NCBI GenBank assembly: GCA_008369845.1
Contig: MRSU01003133.1
Span: 1 to 64,000 of the forward strand
Reading direction: 5' to 3'
DNA length: 64,000 bases
From: Trichomonas gallinae
Lineage: Eukaryota
Part shown: positions 55,476 to 64,000 of the stretch, piece after piece
Layout of the letters: each line of letters begins with the position of its first letter
Position numbering within the stretch: position 1 is the stretch's first letter
Program-made: the position numbers and the translations under genes
Notes under the pieces: generated by a model
What the model saw: the letters and a program-made list of their open reading frames with translations, nothing else
What the model was told of the DNA's origin: nothing
The model's database searches: none

Positions 55476-58400
55476 ATGTTCAAGTCAGCAACAACTGCAA
55501 TTGCTGATGCTGGGGGAACAAAATTTAATGTCTTTTGGGCAAAGGTATTTACAGTTACATCGGTTGCACCTAAAGACTTTGCCCAGAACTTTCCTTTATT
55601 ATCTCCGTTAACAAATATGATGGATTACCAGGGATGTGATAAAGGAGACATTAGAAAGACAATACAGCAATCACAGAATCAAGCAGATTTAGAGCAGAAA
55701 CTCCTCGTTTTGTTCAAAATGAATTCGTTTTCTGTTAATGATATTGGAATATTAAACATGATAAGCAAAACTCAATTCGAAAAGTTTACTGACAACTCGT
55801 TTAACTACATTTTTTACTACTGTTTAAGGGTTTTCGTTAAAAATACTTATTGCAATCGCTCAAAAATGACTAAAATTATGAAAAATGAAGAGAATTTCGA
55901 GTCAGATCATACGCTAAAAGCAAATATTCTGCTAATTTCTGTCTTAATTCTAAGTCAGGGCAAAAATTTCGATTTATTTGAGGAAGCGCTGCCATTTTTC
56001 CTCGAAAGCTTCGATGGAATATGGGAGAAAGCGTTTACAGATTCGCCTGTTGAAGCTTTTCAAGTCTATTTGCTTGATTTATTATCTGGACTAACTCAAG
56101 CTATACAAGTAGAACGCTCACATGGATTCGATCACATTCTCAAGTTCGTTCTTACCAATTTTATGCTTGCAATTTCTAAACTTTCCGGTCAAAAATTCGA
56201 GCAAAGTTTTATCGCGCCAGTGAGAAACATTGTAGGTGGTCTCAATGTTTGTTACAAATCTTTTACGATAGAAGAACAAATAAAAGTGTCTCACATCGCT
56301 TCAAATCTATTAAAAGAAATTGTAAATTACGAAAAAATAAATCTTGAAGAAATCGCTGAAATCGGCAAGCAAACGCTTACACTATACGCAGAGTGTGCAA
56401 AATCACTGTCCGCGGATATTTCTATAAATCAATTCCAAAATATTGTGAATTTCGTCACTTGGCTCATTAAAAGAGCGGGAGAACCATACAGCAAGCATAA
56501 AGTAATTTTACCGATACCTGCTGAACATCTACGAACTCTAGAAACAAATTATTTTTCTTATGCGCCTTTGCCGCCAGAAAGACAACTTACATCACCGCCG
56601 ACGCTTAAATTAACAGCCATAAGTTTGTCTAATATATGTCAGAAGTCTCAAAACGAAAAAGATTTGATGACAATTTTAGCGAAAGCGATCTCAGAAAACA
56701 TATCCGATTTTGATCAAGTCCAGAACCTGCAGTTTCTTGGTTTTGTAACAGATATAATTTTTAAAGCAGATGATCAGATAATTTTTGATACTTTCTCAAC
56801 GAACTGGAATTATCTACTAAATGAGAATGTTTTCAACGAAGAAGGTGATGCTTATGTACAAAACGCAATTATTTTGATTTTCCAGCGAATGTTTAATTCG
56901 GCTGATCGATTACGCGTTCATTTATTGAAAGCGATCTCTACTTTCGTGTCAAAGAACCCAGAACACCTTATAAAATATTTCATGCCGTTGATTGTCAGCC
57001 TGTTGAAAGACTCTGATACGAATAATTTCACTGAAGAATTTGGATCTTCGCATTTGCTTGATATTATGATAGATATAGCATCACACAACATGGATGTATA
57101 CGATTTCCTGCGCAGAGTAGCTGCAAAAGACCCGAATGCTTGTTTTTCAGCAAACAAATTCACATCTTTCATGTTTCAAACGCTTTCACACCCATATCTG
57201 CGCGAGCACTCATTCTTGTGCATCAAGAGAGGCATATTATGTGCTAAAAACAATCCTCTTCACTTTGGTTCCGTTTCTTCGATTTTAATTTTCATGATTC
57301 ACGCGCTTAAATCATATATCAAGACAAAAGATCCACTAGGCATAAGATTTGTAGTTTTGCTGCAGGAAGTTTATACTGACATTCCAATGGAGTTATATGA
57401 TCATTATTTCGAAATCCAGTTATTTGAAGTTTTGACTGAATATTGTGTTGAAGTTGTATCAGAGGCTTTCATTCATGCGCTTTTCAAGCTTTTTACTGAT
57501 GTTACAAAATTCTCTTTGCATATTTTAAATAGATTTTCACGGGAATCATTCACTATTTATAAAACACTGGAGTCAAACTTCCACAAATTCAACTTTTCAA
57601 TAACAGAAGACTTGTTTGAGATGACATTTTGCAAACGAAGTCCACAAGATTGCTCATTATTCAGAAATCCACGTGCATTGGAGCTATTATTGATATGGTC
57701 TAAAGGAAAAGACGACGAAGTTCAGATTTTAACGCGTTTATTCCAACAATGTTGTGTATCATTCACTTCTATGACTGTCTTTTCAAAAGCAAATGCAACA
57801 ACACATTTAATCAAGAGACTAGGTGACTTCAATGGCAGCAATAACATAACTTACGCATTGGGAGACATAATATCACATTTATGCGGCTACACATTCACGA
57901 ATACAGACCTAAATGAAGTGGTTTCACTCATAAAAGACCCTAATTACAAAAATCCACAGGCCTATTTAGAGATTTTCTACAATTTCTTAAAACGTCCAAA
58001 TATCCAAACACCAAATGCTTATTTCCACTTCGATGGCATATCTACAGGCATTGAACCCATTGAAGCAACCCTCCCTGACACCTTTAAGGTATCTTTCACA
58101 GCGAGAATAGATATAAACATCCTCAAGAACCAAGCAACTTTAATATCGATTAAATTCAAGAATGACATAATTAAAGTAATTGTCACTGTCAAGCAGAAAA
58201 TCGTTCTTAAACGCAAAAACCAGTCCCAAATTCAAGTCTTTGAGCCTATTTTGTCTGTAAATCAAGGAATTTGGACATCATTTGTAATTTCTGTTTCTAA
58301 TTCAAACATTGGCATTAAAAATGATACCAAGATACAGCAGTTCCCTGTAAAACCAGTACAAACAAGAGGAATAACAAACGCAATAATTAAAATCGGACAA

Positions 58401-61400
58401 TACAACAAACCATTGACGAAAGAAGGTCTGCCCATTGAAATATCATCCATTGAGTTCTTTGACGACGATAAAACGTATTTAAGCATAAATCCATTAAATG
58501 TTATTGGAGAAAAAATCGTAAATCTTTATCCAAACTCGCCTTCTTACAGGTTTATAGGAGAAGCGACGCCAAACTTCAATGTCCAGTCAGTTGTTCCAAC
58601 AATCGCTTCTATTAATAATTTAATTCCATTATTAGGAAGATTGAACGAGAACAGCCTCGATCCAAAGGATGGAATGCTGATGTTGCAGAAACTGATGTTA
58701 ATTTTCACATGGTGCTTCTCGAAAAGTGAGAAATTGCAGGAAAGATTCGCATCTGAGAACGGAGTTCAAGTTTTAGCCGGTTATTTGATGGATATGAGCC
58801 ATGATTACTATAATACTGAGACTTTTAAGAGTTTGCAAGGTCTATTGCAAGTTTTGACGAATCGACAAATAATTATTTCGTTTATAACAGATATTTTGTT
58901 CAATTTCGAGCTTATTTCGAAGTTTGACACCATTTTCAACCTATATTTCACTCAGATTTTGCCTAAAATCGTTGAAGAAAATATTGAAAAATTCAAATTC
59001 TTCGAAGATTACGAATATTTAGTTGCTGGTGCATTAAGTATCGATAAACCGAGCATGGAGGACATAGTTTGGGATTTCATTGTGAACTATATGAAGACAA
59101 TGAAGCCGATTTCGATGATAATTAAATTAATCACACTTGCAGGCCAGCAGGAGAGTCAGACAACTCGTACAAGGCTCCTTAAGGTTGCCAAATCAATTGT
59201 TTTTGCTATTAACGTTCACGATTTGCAAGTTTTAGCAATTTACCATTATATCCTTCCATTTATCAAACTTTATGATGATAAAAATGCAAGAGACATTGTT
59301 ACCAGAATGGCTGACATCGTACCACCACAGATTCAGCAAAGATGCGCTTTAATTTCAGCATTGAAAATTAACGAGCCTTATTTGATCCCACACATCAATG
59401 ACTTGATAAAGGACATAGTCCTGAATACAGACGATAGAACTGAGCTGAAATGGCCGGCATTTTTACCATTTGTTGCAATTGCATTAAAATATCTCGACGA
59501 AAAGCAGAGAACATTCATCTACAATGCGTTTAAGACCTCAATTGTACAAAATCCAAATGATTTTCCAAATTTCATCGAAAATCCTTCGCCTTTATATTGG
59601 CTGACACGTCTTTCTGTAGGTGTTTTGGATGTTGAAAACGATTCCGTTAACTTTTCTGCCCCTTATTCTATAATAATTTCGGCGATGTCGCAAAACGAGC
59701 TTCCGCTCAAGAATTTCTTCTCCTTCTGCCTCGCAATGCAATGTGAAATGAAGAAAAACTTCATGAACGTTTTCAAAGAAGTCGTCAACAGTTTAATAAC
59801 AAAAATTTTGCTTCAAAACAATTTCATCGTCAACAAGAAGGATTTGCTATGGGCTTTCATTATATGTTTCTTTTACAACACAATTTTCATCGAAAACCCA
59901 GATAATTTTTATGATCAAGATTTAACGAAAGATCACATTTTAGCTCATATCTGCAACAAGATCGATGTGCTAAACACAATCGAAAAGCAATTTTCTAAAT
60001 ATCCTGAAATTATACCGAAATTTAATTCAATTATCGTCGCAAAATACAAGATTTCTATTGATAAGAGCAATAATTCTATCACTGAGATGCTACTAAAGAT
60101 GGTGGAACTGGTTGGTAACGAAACTATCGAGTTTGACACAAAATTCAAAATTCATTCGATGCAATTATTCGCGTATATCATTGTTAACTTCATCAGGATG
60201 AAGATAAACATAAATCTGCCCTCTGTACTAGAAAAAATGGTTCCTTTAATGGAGAAATGCGACGCTGCGATTTCTCACAGCGCAGCATCAATGATTATCA
60301 AAGAAGCATCGAAACGAGGAATGGACTGCTTCAGCATAGAAGTCTTTCCGCTGGCTTTCAACGACGACGATGATTCTCCTGAGCTGCAATTATTTTTATT
60401 CGAAGATAAACTTGTCAGAATGGCCTCTTCTATATCTAACAGCACTTCTCTGCTTGCGACAAAAATGGCTGTCAACATTAGAATGAACACTTACTTGTCA
60501 ATCGCGACAGAAAATATTAAATTAGAAGAAGAAGTCAAAGAAAAGCCACAAGAGCCTAAAGAAAAGCCTCATAAGCAGCTAAGAAGGTCAAATACCAAGA
60601 AAGTTTCTGATATTAAAAAGCAAGCTGAAAATCGCAGAAGAGAGCAAAGTATGTTAGAAACTACCAAGCCTTACCTCATTATAGACAAGACAGAGCCAGA
60701 AACAGAGGAAAATGAGCAAGAATTAGAGAGACCAGATTTCAATCTCGAATACCAGCATCTTTCAGACAAAATCGACAGCATATTCACTATGCTCGACGAC
60801 ATAGGTAAAGTTTTCATACAGAGAGGAATGACAATCCTCAAGAAATCGAAAATCGAAAGAAATGAATCGAAAAGAAAATTCATTAAGCTCATTACGAACT
60901 CAGCAGGTCCATGGTCAACCATTATCGGAAACACGAACAAAGAGATGCAGGCGTATCTATTGAATAGGATTTCCATAGATGGGCAAAGATCATATTTAAC
61001 AAGAAAACTTAAATTCAACACAAACTTCGAACACATAACTGAAACGCAGAACTTGACTTACCAATGCCCTGCAACATATGTAAAAGTGCTCAATAAATAT
61101 GAAGGAAAGATAGAGCTATATAATCTCGACCAAACAATCGTTTTCTATGGAGTATCAAAGGAATTAAACGACACGAAATTGTTAAAGGTAACTTATCAGC
61201 AAATAGAGTTCATTTTCTATCACGACGGAGGAATAATATTAGTGACAAACGCAGGAGGCCACCATTTCATTAAGATGACTAATAGCAACAGAACGGATTT
61301 ATTAAGAGGAATAACATATAAACCGAAAGAGAAGCCGCGGAAATTCGACTTCTACGCGAAATGCAGACAAATCTGCGGGAAAATATATCAAGCGAAAAGC

Positions 61401-63455
61401 GGTGCTGAAATGTACAACGAAATGAAGCTGCAAAAGAGGTGGATAGAGAAAAGAATCACTACATACCAATACATTATATACATGAACTATTTGGATGGAA
61501 GGGATTTCGCTGATATCGAGAAATATCCGTTCTTCCCTACGCCTTTGAAACTCGACAATTCGCGCGGACATTCATACTTCAGGCAGCCCTCATCCACTAA
61601 ATTGGATGTAAAGAGTGTTTTGTCGCAACTAAGGAATGTTTCGCCGTATAATGAAGCATTCATTAAATCCCAAGAAGAAGGAATCGAAATTGAAGAAAAC
61701 TTTGAAGATAAGAACATATCATTCATTAGATCACTCGGAATGAAAGATTTCAACGAGAATTCTTCTGATAATGAAATCGAAATTGCTCAATTTGATTCAA
61801 ATCAGTTTTCCAGCTATGACAATGATGCATCTAGTGTCAGTGCTGCTTCTTCACTAAAGAACAGCCTCCCAGACGACGAAATTAGCAAAATTTCTCCAGA
61901 AACAAACGAAACACCAGATCTTGTTCAACAAAATGATTCTCCGCCTATAACCGATGTCAATTCTCCTGAAGTCAATGAAAATAATAATGAAAACATTCAG
62001 AATTCAGAGCAAGAAAAGAGTAGTTCGCAATCATATGAATCTGATGCAAATGTTAAAATTTCCGAAGAATTAAAAGAAGAAATTAATGATTCTCATGTCG
62101 AAGAAACAACAACATCATATAATTTTGTTGAATTCAAAGAATTAACAAATAATGCTTCATCGCAACCGATTGTCACTGAAGAATCTGTTGTTGTTGATAA
62201 TCCTCAACACCAGAGTCTTCCAAAAGTTGGTTTCAAGATAGAAGAAGCAGAAAATTCACTTCTCACAAAATCAGCAAATTCACCTACAAGAAAATCTTCA
62301 TTTATCGGCAACAAGTATGTCAAAAACGATTATTCCGATGTCCCTCTCTTCACACAAGAGTCAGCTCTTGTCCCTGAAGTTTTTACTCTGCCATTCCTAA
62401 TAAATGGATTTGGTGAGAAATCAAAATGGGCAGCTGAAGGCGAAATCTTCATGCTTTCGATGCGAACTGCTTTGGAATCTTTCCAGTTCACTACACAAGC
62501 ACATAAATGGTTCAACGCTGCATTTCCTTCTCTTTTGACAGCTGATCATCCACAGAGACAAGAAGAGAAGCGTCAACCTATTTTAACGCCATCAAATCAC
62601 TCTAATTTATTCACTGGACAAGTTATGCACGGATTTGTTTTCTCTACGAATTCAGCCAGAGAAATTATGGGCACAAAAGAAGTCTCAGAGCTCAAATTGC
62701 CGGCAAGTTACACTGCGCACTCGTTGATAGACGCAAACCATTCATCAGGAAGAGTCGCGATTGCTTCTATGTACGGAAACACAATTGACGTTGTTTCGCT
62801 TAGAAGGAATTCTAAAGAAACAGTAAACTTCACTGATGTATGTGGAGGAGCTTTGATAACATGCATAAACGTGTGCGGAAAAGATTATGTCATCGTTGGT
62901 GCAACTGACTGCAGCATCAGCGTATTCAGTCAAAAACCACTACAACTGTTGCAGCAGACTTATTTCCACTCAAGACAAGTTTTATGTGTTTCTTCTTGCT
63001 CGTCCTCCAAGCTCATCATTTCGTGCGATGGAACAGGCAGAGTCGTGATAGAATCAGCAGCGAAGAAGAGTTTCTTGGCTTCTTTTAATGTACAAGGATT
63101 TTCGCCATTTTCCAAGGCCTTCATCTTCCAAAGTGGTTATTTCGCTGTCGTCAACGTTGAGCAAGATCAAAGACAAGTCTGTGTGAAGTCTGGCAATGTT
63201 TTCGCGCCCGAATCTCAAAGAAAGAAGTATGCAGATGGAATAATGACTTGCTGCAGGAAAGTTAAATGCGATGGCAGCAATAAAGTCGTCATCGGATTTG
63301 AGGCAGGAACAATCAAAGTTTACTCGGTTGAAAAACTATTGTTGATGCAGACAATCAGTTCTAAAGTCACGTCGCCAACTTTCTGCGTTGCAGGAAACAC
63401 AGGAAAAATTCTAATGGTTGAAAACGGAAGCTCAATTGTACAAATGGATGTTTGA
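55476..63455 (+). CDS. Giant divergent BEACH-domain protein with C-terminal WD40-like repeats
   Basis: About 2659 aa from the ATG at 55476; YFHFDG ConA-like start; KRWIEKRITTYQYIIYMNYLDGRDFADIEKYPFFP and LVPEVFTLP..KWA..RTALES..HKWF BEACH fragments. Confidence 0.88.
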   Translation: MFKSATTAIADAGGTKFNVFWAKVFTVTSVAPKDFAQNFPLLSPLTNMMDYQGCDKGDIRKTIQQSQNQADLEQKLLVLFKMNSFSVNDIGILNMISKTQFEKFTDNSFNYIFYYCLRVFVKNTYCNRSKMTKIMKNEENFESDHTLKANILLISVLILSQGKNFDLFEEALPFFLESFDGIWEKAFTDSPVEAFQVYLLDLLSGLTQAIQVERSHGFDHILKFVLTNFMLAISKLSGQKFEQSFIAPVRNIVGGLNVCYKSFTIEEQIKVSHIASNLLKEIVNYEKINLEEIAEIGKQTLTLYAECAKSLSADISINQFQNIVNFVTWLIKRAGEPYSKHKVILPIPAEHLRTLETNYFSYAPLPPERQLTSPPTLKLTAISLSNICQKSQNEKDLMTILAKAISENISDFDQVQNLQFLGFVTDIIFKADDQIIFDTFSTNWNYLLNENVFNEEGDAYVQNAIILIFQRMFNSADRLRVHLLKAISTFVSKNPEHLIKYFMPLIVSLLKDSDTNNFTEEFGSSHLLDIMIDIASHNMDVYDFLRRVAAKDPNACFSANKFTSFMFQTLSHPYLREHSFLCIKRGILCAKNNPLHFGSVSSILIFMIHALKSYIKTKDPLGIRFVVLLQEVYTDIPMELYDHYFEIQLFEVLTEYCVEVVSEAFIHALFKLFTDVTKFSLHILNRFSRESFTIYKTLESNFHKFNFSITEDLFEMTFCKRSPQDCSLFRNPRALELLLIWSKGKDDEVQILTRLFQQCCVSFTSMTVFSKANATTHLIKRLGDFNGSNNITYALGDIISHLCGYTFTNTDLNEVVSLIKDPNYKNPQAYLEIFYNFLKRPNIQTPNAYFHFDGISTGIEPIEATLPDTFKVSFTARIDINILKNQATLISIKFKNDIIKVIVTVKQKIVLKRKNQSQIQVFEPILSVNQGIWTSFVISVSNSNIGIKNDTKIQQFPVKPVQTRGITNAIIKIGQYNKPLTKEGLPIEISSIEFFDDDKTYLSINPLNVIGEKIVNLYPNSPSYRFIGEATPNFNVQSVVPTIASINNLIPLLGRLNENSLDPKDGMLMLQKLMLIFTWCFSKSEKLQERFASENGVQVLAGYLMDMSHDYYNTETFKSLQGLLQVLTNRQIIISFITDILFNFELISKFDTIFNLYFTQILPKIVEENIEKFKFFEDYEYLVAGALSIDKPSMEDIVWDFIVNYMKTMKPISMIIKLITLAGQQESQTTRTRLLKVAKSIVFAINVHDLQVLAIYHYILPFIKLYDDKNARDIVTRMADIVPPQIQQRCALISALKINEPYLIPHINDLIKDIVLNTDDRTELKWPAFLPFVAIALKYLDEKQRTFIYNAFKTSIVQNPNDFPNFIENPSPLYWLTRLSVGVLDVENDSVNFSAPYSIIISAMSQNELPLKNFFSFCLAMQCEMKKNFMNVFKEVVNSLITKILLQNNFIVNKKDLLWAFIICFFYNTIFIENPDNFYDQDLTKDHILAHICNKIDVLNTIEKQFSKYPEIIPKFNSIIVAKYKISIDKSNNSITEMLLKMVELVGNETIEFDTKFKIHSMQLFAYIIVNFIRMKININLPSVLEKMVPLMEKCDAAISHSAASMIIKEASKRGMDCFSIEVFPLAFNDDDDSPELQLFLFEDKLVRMASSISNSTSLLATKMAVNIRMNTYLSIATENIKLEEEVKEKPQEPKEKPHKQLRRSNTKKVSDIKKQAENRRREQSMLETTKPYLIIDKTEPETEENEQELERPDFNLEYQHLSDKIDSIFTMLDDIGKVFIQRGMTILKKSKIERNESKRKFIKLITNSAGPWSTIIGNTNKEMQAYLLNRISIDGQRSYLTRKLKFNTNFEHITETQNLTYQCPATYVKVLNKYEGKIELYNLDQTIVFYGVSKELNDTKLLKVTYQQIEFIFYHDGGIILVTNAGGHHFIKMTNSNRTDLLRGITYKPKEKPRKFDFYAKCRQICGKIYQAKSGAEMYNEMKLQKRWIEKRITTYQYIIYMNYLDGRDFADIEKYPFFPTPLKLDNSRGHSYFRQPSSTKLDVKSVLSQLRNVSPYNEAFIKSQEEGIEIEENFEDKNISFIRSLGMKDFNENSSDNEIEIAQFDSNQFSSYDNDASSVSAASSLKNSLPDDEISKISPETNETPDLVQQNDSPPITDVNSPEVNENNNENIQNSEQEKSSSQSYESDANVKISEELKEEINDSHVEETTTSYNFVEFKELTNNASSQPIVTEESVVVDNPQHQSLPKVGFKIEEAENSLLTKSANSPTRKSSFIGNKYVKNDYSDVPLFTQESALVPEVFTLPFLINGFGEKSKWAAEGEIFMLSMRTALESFQFTTQAHKWFNAAFPSLLTADHPQRQEEKRQPILTPSNHSNLFTGQVMHGFVFSTNSAREIMGTKEVSELKLPASYTAHSLIDANHSSGRVAIASMYGNTIDVVSLRRNSKETVNFTDVCGGALITCINVCGKDYVIVGATDCSISVFSQKPLQLLQQTYFHSRQVLCVSSCSSSKLIISCDGTGRVVIESAAKKSFLASFNVQGFSPFSKAFIFQSGYFAVVNVEQDQRQVCVKSGNVFAPESQRKKYADGIMTCCRKVKCDGSNKVVIGFEAGTIKVYSVEKLLLMQTISSKVTSPTFCVAGNTGKILMVENGSSIVQMDV

Positions 63456-63704
63456 ACAAATATTTTTTTATTGTTATATATTTTTTGTTAGTAAATTTAT
63501 ATTTTAGTCATTCATCTGATATTTGTCATAATCCATTAATCATCAATTCACTAAATATTTGCTATGTTGAAATCAGAGCAAAACTATGATGATTCAAATT
63601 CGATTAATTAGTTAATAAATAATTTGTAATTTGCAGTATCAGTTCGAATAAAAAAAATTATTCATGATTTTGAAAATATTTAATTCATACTTTTATTTGA
63701 TGAC

Positions 63705-64000
63705 TTAGTTGATAACTATTTCATCTGGGAATAGCCACTGTCCTTTATCTTCGTAAGAGTAAGCTGTGACTCTTATGTACCTGCCTGATGCTTTTCCGTT
63801 CCATTTCGCTCTGTGGAAGCCGTAGCCTGGAGTGTTGCTCCATTCATTATTTTCAGTGTAGATTGTGTCGTAATTCTCTTTATCGTCTGACACAGAGAAA
63901 ATAACAGTCCTAGGCCAGTAAATCATCACCGAGTCCATCCTGTAGAAGTCCAAGAAAACTTCGGAAATTGAAGTTGTTTCTCCCATGTCAACTTCAACAT
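63705..64000 (-). CDS. 3' end of a gene ending in an F5/8-type C (galactose-binding-like) domain; probable glycoside hydrolase, truncated by the window edge
   Basis: VEVDMG...IYWPRTVIFSVSDD...GRYIRVTA...WLFPDEIVIN; frame open to the window end. Confidence 0.7.
   Translation of the reverse strand, partial: VEVDMGETTSISEVFLDFYRMDSVMIYWPRTVIFSVSDDKENYDTIYTENNEWSNTPGYGFHRAKWNGKASGRYIRVTAYSYEDKGQWLFPDEIVIN

Noticed and set aside
1..64000. tRNA, rRNA, CRISPR arrays, Maverick/mariner/MULE coding sequences
   Set aside because: No cloverleaf or T-loop context, repeat-spacer array or transposase/integrase ORF was found

Overview
This is AT-rich eukaryotic genomic DNA, most likely from a trichomonad parabasalid such as Trichomonas. 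That is an inference from intronless single-exon genes, Inr (TCAYW), AAAGTGAC, M3 and CCTTT core-promoter motifs, TAAA overlapping many stop codons, and BspA, M60-like and BEACH gene families. About 23 apparently intact CDS are present: an MT-A70 adenine methyltransferase of the AMT1/MTA1 type, a dual-domain E2F7/8-like factor, two kinases, two giant BEACH proteins, BspA, a bacterial-type ICMT/PEMT-family methyltransferase, DnaJ, bromodomain, AEC transporter, Tctex-1, Dpy-30, polyprenyl synthase, half-ABC transporter, PP2A-A-like HEAT protein, M60-like surface peptidase, LRR proteins and a Tup1-like WD40 protein. There are also three disrupted (pseudo)genes and a partial carbohydrate-binding-domain gene at the right edge. 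I saw no rRNA, tRNA, CRISPR array, intact transposase or spliceosomal intron. The most notable observations are: a perfect E2F-type palindrome (TTTTTGGCGCCAAAAA) just upstream of the candidate 6mA methyltransferase, about 3 kb from an atypical E2F gene; a 62-aa tail-anchored micro-ORF supported by a promoter motif; a recurrent intergenic 14-mer (TTTGTCATGTAAAA); a BEACH domain split by a long acidic insert; a probable bacterial gene lying between a BspA gene and its pseudogene; and a LEM/HeH-like membrane protein. All protein calls come from recognising motifs by eye; no database searches were run.
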